Below, piece by piece: positions 55,438 through 64,000 of a stretch of 64,000 bases of DNA. Under the pieces are notes generated by a model. It searched no databases and had not been told where the DNA came from. It saw nothing but the letters and a program-made list of their open reading frames with translations. Made by a program: the position numbers and the translations under genes. Numbering within the stretch: position 1 is the stretch's first letter; every line of letters starts with the position of its first letter. The stretch comes from Candidatus Undinarchaeota archaeon (lineage in GTDB: Archaea > SpSt-1190 > JASMDC01): the NCBI GenBank assembly GCA_964519305.1, contig CAZFHY010000010.1:1-64000 (forward strand), written 5' to 3'.

Positions 55438-56370
55438 GTGGCCACAATCAAGCTGGGTACCACGGGCGCTGAGCTCAGTGCTGCGGTCCAAGCGCTCCCT
55501 ATCTGTCGCCATTGCGAGGGGTGTCAGGGTGCCGATCCGACCAATCCAGATCCGGTCCACCACGCCTCCATCGAGCTCACCGGGAGGTGCAACCATGAGT
55601 GCATATTCTGCTACTCGCGGGTGGCCGGCGATGCGGGGACGCTGCCCGAACCCGGGTACTACGGTGAGCCGGACCCGCGGGCCATCACCGTGAGCCAGTA
55701 CGGCGAGCCCATGATGGTGCCTGAGCGGTTACTAGCAGTGCTGCGCGAGGCCAGGGAGGCGTACGGTAACGTGCGGCTCGATCTCCAGACCAACGGTACC
55801 CTGCTCACGCCCGCCCTCTGGGAACAGCTGGAGGGGCTGGTGGACCTTTGCATGGTATCGGTCAACGCAGCAGATCCCACGCTCCATGCCGTGGTCAGTG
55901 GTGCGGACACGTTCGACCAGCTTAAGCGTACGCTCGAGCTGGTGGGGCGGTCAAGGGTGTGGGGCATCGTCCGCGTGGTCGATATGCCCGGAATCAACAG
56001 CGACCAGCTGCCCGCCATCTTCGAGCTCGCCCGTTCCACCGGCATGGACGAGGTCATGGTGCACCAGTGCGCCGTCCACGAATCCAACCGCGACCGGTTG
56101 GTGGCAGCCGGCCTCGACCTCGACGCCGTGGCCTATGTTCCCGGCCTGGTGATGCGCGTGGCCCGGGCCGCGGAGGAGACCGGGATGCGCGCCACCATCC
56201 AGGGCTGCGTGCTATCCACTCTCCGTACCATGGACGCCGACGCTCTACCGTACCTGGTCAAAGACTCGCTGTCCGAGGTGCCCGTGCTCAAGCGACAGCG
56301 GGCCCAGATGGGGAAGAGCGCGTGCGGTAAGGACTGCCCGGGGTGCCCCAAGCGCGCCGGCAATCCTTAA
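55438..56370 (+). CDS. Radical SAM protein of unknown function
   Basis: CNHECIFC, QYGEP and QTNGTLL motifs, plus extra CRHCEGC and C-terminal CGKDCPGC. Confidence 0.85.
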   Translation: MATIKLGTTGAELSAAVQALPICRHCEGCQGADPTNPDPVHHASIELTGRCNHECIFCYSRVAGDAGTLPEPGYYGEPDPRAITVSQYGEPMMVPERLLAVLREAREAYGNVRLDLQTNGTLLTPALWEQLEGLVDLCMVSVNAADPTLHAVVSGADTFDQLKRTLELVGRSRVWGIVRVVDMPGINSDQLPAIFELARSTGMDEVMVHQCAVHESNRDRLVAAGLDLDAVAYVPGLVMRVARAAEETGMRATIQGCVLSTLRTMDADALPYLVKDSLSEVPVLKRQRAQMGKSACGKDCPGCPKRAGNP

Positions 56371-56411
56371 GAAGGTGAGCCGCACCCACACCAAGCTGAG
56401 GTGTAGATCGT

Positions 56412-57434
56412 ATGAAGGAGGCGATGCTGTACAAGAAGGAAAAGGACGGCGTGGCCGCCTGTTCCCTCTGCAACCATATGTGCCGCATAAGGCCGGGGAA
56501 GCGCGGTGTATGCCGGGTGCGCGAGAACCGTGACGGCAGTCTGTACTCTCTTACGTACGAGCGGCCGGTCTCCATGGCCGTGGACCCTATCGAGAAGAAG
56601 CCGCTGTTCAACTTCCACCCTGGGACACGAGTGTTCTCCATCGCTACCGCCGGGTGCAACCTCACGTGCAGCTTCTGCCAGAACTGGTCGCTCTCCCAGG
56701 CCGATCCCGGGAACATCGGCTCACGCCAGATCACCGCCGCAGAAGTGGCCGAGCTCGTCGAGTCCGAGGGGTGCGCCGGTATCGCCTACACCTACTCCGA
56801 GCCCACCATCTTCTTCGAGTACGCCTACGATATCGCCAGGCTCGTGCACGAGAAAGGACTGTACAACGTGTTCGTCACCAACGGATACATGACCGTCGAT
56901 GCCGTGCGTGCCATCGCGCCGTACCTCGACGCCGCCAACGTTGACCTCAAGTCGATCCGGCCTGCATTCTACAAGGAGCGGTGCGGTGCGCCCAAGGGGC
57001 CTGACGCGGTGCTGGCGTCCATACGCGAGATGCGCGAGCACAACGTGCACGTGGAGGTCACCAACCTGGTGGTCCCCGGGCTCAACGACAGCGATGACGA
57101 CCTGCGCGAACTGTGCGAGGCCGTGGCCGCCATCGATCCCGGTATCGCCATCCATTTCTCGCGGTTCCATCCCGACTACAAGCTCCGCGACCGGCAGGCG
57201 ACACCCCCCGGGACACTGGAGCGTGCCCAGGCCATCGCCAAGGACGCGGGGCTGCAGTACATCTACCTGGGCAACGTACCCGGCAGCGACGGGGAGAACA
57301 CGTACTGCCCCGCCTGCGGGGGATTGCTTATTAAAAGGTACGGCTTCACGATCATCAGCGACGCGGTCTCGCGCACAGGGGAGTGCCCCGAGTGCGGCGA
57401 GGCCATCAAGATAGCAGGTGAGCGACATGGCTGA
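56412..57434 (+). CDS. amrS: AmmeMemoRadiSam system radical SAM enzyme
   Basis: DPIEKKPL..FHPG, GCNLTCSFCQNW, YTYSEP, SRFHP.Y and T.CP.CG motifs. Confidence 0.92.
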   Translation: MKEAMLYKKEKDGVAACSLCNHMCRIRPGKRGVCRVRENRDGSLYSLTYERPVSMAVDPIEKKPLFNFHPGTRVFSIATAGCNLTCSFCQNWSLSQADPGNIGSRQITAAEVAELVESEGCAGIAYTYSEPTIFFEYAYDIARLVHEKGLYNVFVTNGYMTVDAVRAIAPYLDAANVDLKSIRPAFYKERCGAPKGPDAVLASIREMREHNVHVEVTNLVVPGLNDSDDDLRELCEAVAAIDPGIAIHFSRFHPDYKLRDRQATPPGTLERAQAIAKDAGLQYIYLGNVPGSDGENTYCPACGGLLIKRYGFTIISDAVSRTGECPECGEAIKIAGERHG

Positions 57435-57945
57435 CGACGACAGGACCGAGGAGCGGGACGAGGACGAGGAGCTCGAGTTCAAGGAGCTCCGCTTCATGGA
57501 TGAGGAGGAAGTTGAAGAGCTTCTCGAGAAGAAGGGTTGGATGCATGCCCGGTTCGTGTACGAGGTCCAGCAGGCGGATGCCGACACTGTTCAGGCCGCG
57601 CTCAAGAAGATCGTCGCCACGCTCCGCTCTCAGGACCATGTCGAAGTGGCCGAGGTGAAGTACACCTCCGTAGAGGAAATCGGTAACAACGTGAACTCCA
57701 TGATCGGCGACGTGGGCGTGTACGCACGGGGCCTCGACGTTATGATGATGCTTGTGCTCAACATCACCCCGTCCACCGTAATCCTCATCGAGCCCGAGAA
57801 ACGTGAGCTATCGATCAATGAGATGCAGAACATCCTCACGGACGTGGGATCCATGATGGAGCACATGGCCAACGAGAACATCCAGCTCAACATCAAGCTA
57901 GATGGGATTGCACGGGGAAGGATGCTCGAGCCGGCAAGGGACTAG
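57427..57945 (+). CDS. Acidic hypothetical protein
   Basis: Strong coding bias; overlaps the amrS end; GGTGA SD. Confidence 0.7.
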   Translation: MADDDRTEERDEDEELEFKELRFMDEEEVEELLEKKGWMHARFVYEVQQADADTVQAALKKIVATLRSQDHVEVAEVKYTSVEEIGNNVNSMIGDVGVYARGLDVMMMLVLNITPSTVILIEPEKRELSINEMQNILTDVGSMMEHMANENIQLNIKLDGIARGRMLEPARD

Positions 57946-57958
57946 ACCACACTCTCAC

Positions 57959-58852
57959 GTGCTGTGCCTGCCCACACCAAGAGATATCCATAAAAAGCTC
58001 GCTCCTTATCGAAAGACCGTGGAACTCCCCACGCTCCACGTAATCCCGATAGACTCGGTCCTCCTCCACGAGGCGATCATCCCTGACAAGGTGCAGAGCC
58101 TTGCCAGCATCATCGAGTCCGACGGTGTCCAGAAGAACCCGATCATCGTCTCCCCTACAAAGGACGGGGAGCACTACATCGCTATCGACGGTATCCATCG
58201 TGCCGAGGCCATGCGTGAACTGGGGTGCGTGAGCGTGGTAGCATCGCTCGTCGACTACGCCGATGCCTCCATCGAGCTGTTCGGTTGGTCGCAGGTGTTC
58301 TTCTCCGTGGAGCAGGACGAGCTGCTGGGCATCATCGAGAAGGTGTGCGGACGCGAGCCTGAGCTGCGGGACTTCCGGGATGCGGCTCGCGCGCTTAAGA
58401 CACGACAGGCGTACTTCGGCTGCGCGTTCCGCAAGGGCAAGGGCGCCTTCCTGGTCCCCTGCGATGAGTTCTCGGTGGAGCAATGGGCCGTGTTCGATCG
58501 CGCCCTCATGGCCGAGGTCCGTGACAGGGAGATCGCCCATCGACCCGTCTCCAACGACTACTGTCTTGACGTGTTCGAGCGGGACGAGGACCTCGCCTGC
58601 CTGTGCCGGCGCCCGGTCATCACCAAGGACGAGGTCGTGCGCATGGCGCTGGCGCGGACACCGCTCCCGTCCGACACCACACGCCACATAATCCCCAACC
58701 GTCCGCTGGGGCTCAACACGCCCCTGGGCCTGCTCAAGGCGCACGTCCCCATGGACGTCGCCAACTCGATCATCGAGGCCGAGGTCCAGAACCGGTGGAC
58801 CAAGGGCGCCATCCGACACTATCCCGACTCGGTCTACATCTACGATGAGTGA
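57959..58852 (+). CDS. ParB/Srx-fold protein, SerK/SbnI (free serine kinase)-like
   Basis: LLHE, IDG.HR, DY....W and TK.EV......P..TTRH motifs. Start uncertain. Confidence 0.7.
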   Translation: MLCLPTPRDIHKKLAPYRKTVELPTLHVIPIDSVLLHEAIIPDKVQSLASIIESDGVQKNPIIVSPTKDGEHYIAIDGIHRAEAMRELGCVSVVASLVDYADASIELFGWSQVFFSVEQDELLGIIEKVCGREPELRDFRDAARALKTRQAYFGCAFRKGKGAFLVPCDEFSVEQWAVFDRALMAEVRDREIAHRPVSNDYCLDVFERDEDLACLCRRPVITKDEVVRMALARTPLPSDTTRHIIPNRPLGLNTPLGLLKAHVPMDVANSIIEAEVQNRWTKGAIRHYPDSVYIYDE

Positions 58853-58959
58853 ATCTCATCGTTGCGCGACGGTTGCGTCTACGTTTCAGGCAAGTGTTTT
58901 ATATCGTGAACAACTCAATATCATGAGAGTGAGAACATCTCCCAGAGCGTGAAAAGGCA

Positions 58960-60366
<1,407 letters not shown>

Positions 60367-60415
60367 GAACAGACCTACCTGTGAAGACAAGAGATCCCGT
60401 ATCCGGAGAACGGAT

Positions 60416-60949
60416 TCAGTCGCTCGCGGTCTTGGCCGCAGGTACCTTCCCGCCGAACCAGCCCTCGCGCTTCCAGCCCCAGTAGGCAAGGCCCAGCAGG
60501 GTGATGAGGGTTATGTCGCCGATGACGGTTAGCCGGGTGATCTTGATGCCCATCAACATGTTCAGGTAGATGATGGACAACACCACCAGAGCGATTGACA
60601 CCGCGAACGCGATAGTGAACCGCTCGATGGCGTCGATCTCCTCGTCGTCGAACAGTCCGATTGTCCAGGCGTACCCGGGCACAACGAACACCAGCAACAG
60701 GCCGGTGAGGATGAGCAGGGGCTTGATCGCATACTTACAGGCGGCGGTCTCGGGCATGGAGGTCGGCTCGAAGATCGAGATCGCCTCAGTCATCCCGGCC
60801 ACCTCGCACAGCCCCGTGTAGGAAGCGAGGCTCGCCCCGTAGAGCACAAGGATAGCCACCAGGGCCACGGGGATGAAGTACTTGTGGTCGGTGTAGGAGG
60901 TTATCTGCGCCTCCAACGCGTCGAGGCCCGAGGGCTCGTCGTCCGCCAT
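60416..60949 (-). CDS. DUF1616-like membrane protein
   Basis: LLVFVVPGYA...LF...ID.IER...AVSIA motif. Confidence 0.75.
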   Translation of the reverse strand: MADDEPSGLDALEAQITSYTDHKYFIPVALVAILVLYGASLASYTGLCEVAGMTEAISIFEPTSMPETAACKYAIKPLLILTGLLLVFVVPGYAWTIGLFDDEEIDAIERFTIAFAVSIALVVLSIIYLNMLMGIKITRLTVIGDITLITLLGLAYWGWKREGWFGGKVPAAKTASD

Positions 60950-61001
60950 GGAGCACCGAGCGCTATTGAGTTATTTAAATCTTTGTCGGGGGCGGCGCGG
61001 C

Positions 61002-61559
61002 TCAGGACTTCTTCTTGGCCCCTTTCTTCGGCTTTACCGGCTTCTTTTTCGGCGCTGCCTTCTTTTTCGTCTTCTTCTTTGTGGGCTTCTCGTCCGCATG
61101 ATCATGACAGCCGCATCCGCAACCCGCGTGGGCGTGCGCCGCGACCGGTTTACTGTCCTCGGCCCCGGTCGACTCGGCGCTCTGGGCCGCGATAATGTCG
61201 CGCAGCGCCTCCAGACCGAACACGACCTTCACTTCAGAGGTCACGCCCCCCTCGCCCCTGAGGCTCTCCAGGAACTGTGTGACCTGCTTGATGGCGTCCT
61301 GGTCCTCGGATTTCCATTCCTCGGCCTTACCCTCGGGGTAGACGAACATAAGGATACCGCGCTCCATGTCATGGTAGAGGAACACCTTCTCGATGCGCTC
61401 CGCGACGTTGCACTCGGGGCACACGATCATGTTCAGCTCACCGTCGAGCACGAGCTGGCGCAGTTCAGGATTCTTTGTGACGTTGACGCTCTCCCAGAGT
61501 TTCGCCTTGAAGATAGCACCGCACTCGCACTGGAACTCGTACTCGCAGAAGGTCGACAT
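61002..61559 (-). CDS. CpXC-domain protein with His/Cys-rich and Lys-rich tail
   Basis: C.CG..F...LW.SVN...NPEL...L.G......CP.C....FLYHD motif. Confidence 0.8.
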   Translation of the reverse strand: MSTFCEYEFQCECGAIFKAKLWESVNVTKNPELRQLVLDGELNMIVCPECNVAERIEKVFLYHDMERGILMFVYPEGKAEEWKSEDQDAIKQVTQFLESLRGEGGVTSEVKVVFGLEALRDIIAAQSAESTGAEDSKPVAAHAHAGCGCGCHDHADEKPTKKKTKKKAAPKKKPVKPKKGAKKKS

Positions 61560-61614
61560 GGTATCCTCTCTTAGCACGTGAAGGTTCTTAAAGCTGGCCC
61601 AGATGCAGCGCCGG

Positions 61615-61965
61615 TCACCGGAACATAGAGTCAGCGCTGTCGTGCTCCCGGGGATGGGTTTCGCTCGGTCCCTTGATGGGGCCGAACATGCGCTCGTACT
61701 CCTCCACGTTACGGGTAAGCCACCCGGCGATGCTCTTTGCCTGGTAGGGATCGATGACCAGACGCACCTCGGCCGTGCGCCGGAACACAGCACGCCCCGG
61801 ATCGATGGCGGCCGTTCCGAACGCCTCCGTAGGATCGGTCTCCTCCGAGAACACGATCACTTCGAAGAACCCCGGTCGCGGGCCTCCGAACACGCCGTTG
61901 ACGTTCACCGTCCGGTATCCGTCCCGCTCCTTGAACACCACCTGCGGCATCTCCTCCTCGTCCAT
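61615..61965 (-). CDS. Conserved hypothetical protein (DUF3467-like)
   Basis: YRTV.VNGVFGG, P.QAKSIA.WL..NV..YE..FG.I motif. Confidence 0.65.
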   Translation of the reverse strand: MDEEEMPQVVFKERDGYRTVNVNGVFGGPRPGFFEVIVFSEETDPTEAFGTAAIDPGRAVFRRTAEVRLVIDPYQAKSIAGWLTRNVEEYERMFGPIKGPSETHPREHDSADSMFR

Positions 61966-62017
61966 ACGGGCGGAAGGTCGCGTCATCTTTAAGAAAGGTC
62001 GCGGTCCAGTGGGTGCC

Positions 62018-63643
62018 ATGGGCTCCGGGCAGGGAGGATGGTCCTGTGTCCTCCGGGCGCTAACACCCTCCTGTGACGTCGCCGCGGTCATGGCGCTCGC
62101 CCTGCTACTGCGTCTAGTCTGGCTCGCCTCGGTACCGCCCGGGCTCATCCCCGACGAACTGTCCATCGGTTACGACGCCTACTCCCTACTGCTCACGGGC
62201 AGCGACATGCACGACGAGCCGTACCCCATCCTCTTCCTCTCCCTTGGCGAGTACAAGAACCCGCTCTACATCTACGCCACTATACCCTCGCTGATGCTCT
62301 TCGGGCTCGGTCCCTGGGGCGTGCGGTTCCCGGCGGTCGTTTTCGGCACCCTTGGCGTGGGGGCCGCGTTCGTTCTCGGCAGGGCGCTGGCAGGTCGCCG
62401 TGCCGGGCTGGCAGCAGCTCTGATGCTGGCGGTGTCGCCTTGGCACCACCACCTGAGCAGGGTCGCCTGGGATCCTGTACCCGTACCGCTCTTCATCGCC
62501 CTGGGCTGGTACATGCTCGAGGCTGGGCTGCGGGGACGGAGGAGGGCGCTGCTGGCCGCGCCGCTCCCCCTAGCGCTGGCACTCTACGCGTACGCCATCC
62601 CGCGGTTCTTCATCCCGACGTTCTTTGCAGGCGTGCTCTTCGTACGGCGGGACCTTGTGCGCGCCCGTCTGAACGACGTCCTGCTCGCGCTCGCGGTGTT
62701 CGTCGTCCTGGTCGCGCCCCTCGCCTCTACATACGTCACCATGCCCGATGCAGCGAACGCCCGGTTCAAGCTGGTCTCAATCTTCACCGATGATGTTCTC
62801 ATGTGGCAGCGCTCGCGGTACTCGGACATGGGGATCGAGAGCCCAACGGTTCTTTACGCTCTCCAGTTCGTCCAGAACTATCTGGCCCATCTGCACCCGG
62901 ACTTCCTCCTCCTCCGCGGTGACACCCAGGTGCGGTACACTACCCGGGTCGTGGGCAAGCTCCACCTCTTCGAGGGTCTCCTGCTCCTGGCCGGTATAGT
63001 GCATATGGCCCGAACGCGACGCCCGGTCCATATAATCCTTCTCTGGGGGCTCCTGCTGGTCCCCGTGGCCGCGAGCCTCACCATCGACAGGATCCCCAAC
63101 TCGATCCGCACTACCGTGGCCCTGCCCTTCATCCAGCTCGTGGCCGCCGTGGGATGGATGCGGCTCGAACCGGTCCTCAGGGACATAGGGCTCAAACTGC
63201 CGTTCCTGGCGGCGTCCTGCCTCCTTGTCGGCTACTACCTCGGATACTACTTCGTGGTCTACCCGGCCGATCCCAGCGTAAACTACTACTGGGACACTGG
63301 ATGGGACGAGGTCAGGGACTACCTGCGCGAGGAGGAGGGGTCGTGGGACGAGGTCCGTATCCCGAACAACATCAGGCGGACGGACAAGTTCCTCCAGTTC
63401 TGGACCGCTCGTGATCCGCTCATGACCCAGAGCAAGAGCTGGGAGGGCACCCCCTATCGTATCAAACCGCCCTGCAGCTATCGCCAGGACGGCGGCAGGC
63501 CCGGTGTGCTCTATATGGTGTACCTCCAGGGCTGGCCGCTCGACGAGGAGTGCAGGTTCGACGACCTGGGGCTCGCGGTCCGCAAGAACGTCACCTTCCC
63601 CCGTGGCCAGACCGCCTTCCTCTTCCTCGCACGCGAGGGGTGA
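62018..63643 (+). CDS. GT39/ArnT-like membrane glycosyltransferase
   Basis: PPGL..DE...GYDAYSLL.TG.D, YK.PLY.Y, VRFPA and SPWH...SR motifs. Confidence 0.85.
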   Translation: MGSGQGGWSCVLRALTPSCDVAAVMALALLLRLVWLASVPPGLIPDELSIGYDAYSLLLTGSDMHDEPYPILFLSLGEYKNPLYIYATIPSLMLFGLGPWGVRFPAVVFGTLGVGAAFVLGRALAGRRAGLAAALMLAVSPWHHHLSRVAWDPVPVPLFIALGWYMLEAGLRGRRRALLAAPLPLALALYAYAIPRFFIPTFFAGVLFVRRDLVRARLNDVLLALAVFVVLVAPLASTYVTMPDAANARFKLVSIFTDDVLMWQRSRYSDMGIESPTVLYALQFVQNYLAHLHPDFLLLRGDTQVRYTTRVVGKLHLFEGLLLLAGIVHMARTRRPVHIILLWGLLLVPVAASLTIDRIPNSIRTTVALPFIQLVAAVGWMRLEPVLRDIGLKLPFLAASCLLVGYYLGYYFVVYPADPSVNYYWDTGWDEVRDYLREEEGSWDEVRIPNNIRRTDKFLQFWTARDPLMTQSKSWEGTPYRIKPPCSYRQDGGRPGVLYMVYLQGWPLDEECRFDDLGLAVRKNVTFPRGQTAFLFLAREG

Positions 63644-64000
63644 TCGGAACGCTCCGTGTCGTCCCCATCCCCACGACCATGAGCACATCCTACCTCGTCC
63701 TGGACGAGGGTGCCGTGCTTGTGGACGCTGGCCAGCCGGGTATGTCGCGACGGCTCCTCCCGTCGTTGATGCGGGCGCTCGACGGCCGGCCCCTCGACCT
63801 CCTTATCATCACCCACGCCCATCTTGATCATGGTGGTTGCGCTGAGGCCGTCGTAAAGGCCACCGGGTGCGACGTCGCCATGCACGAGCAGGCCGCGGAC
63901 GCCCTCCCCCAGGGATCACCGGTACCGCCGGGGACCTCGGCATGGGGCTCGATGCTGCGCATCCTGCTCGCACCTGCACGAGCGTTCGGTCCCCTCACCT
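63640..64000 (+). CDS. Metallo-beta-lactamase-fold hydrolase (5' part, runs off the window)
   Basis: SYLV....VLVDAG and THAHLDHGG motifs. GTGA overlap with the upstream stop. Confidence 0.85.
   Translation, partial: MIGTLRVVPIPTTMSTSYLVLDEGAVLVDAGQPGMSRRLLPSLMRALDGRPLDLLIITHAHLDHGGCAEAVVKATGCDVAMHEQAADALPQGSPVPPGTSAWGSMLRILLAPARAFGPLT

Overview
GC-rich archaeal chromosomal segment. MCM, RPA32-like, TFE, Topo VI, Rpo4, L21e and an intron-containing tRNA-Phe are present, and the gene order and 'YGW'-type pilins suggest a DPANN-like lineage (inference). About 12-28 kb is a housekeeping block for information processing. The main feature is a ~17-kb operon (31.5-48.8 kb) of three paralogous giant, secreted, extremely Cys-rich proteins. 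They share one scaffold into which bacterial peptidoglycan-hydrolase domains (intact NlpC/P60, GH73-like glucosaminidase, M23 peptidase, and a catalytically dead NlpC/P60) are plugged at defined slots. The third paralog carries no enzyme and has an S-layer-like domain instead. This looks like a modular surface machine for attacking or attaching to bacteria. Other oddities are a circularly permuted ABC substrate-binding protein, a TRAM-aIF1A fusion paralog, a 36-nt tRNA-minihelix-like element ending in CCA between two terminators, unannotated small Zn-finger ORFs, a pilin-LamG fusion and a membrane-anchored extracellular WD40 protein. No CRISPR array, rRNA, transposase or integrase was seen. 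All assignments come from motif recognition by eye; no database searches were run.
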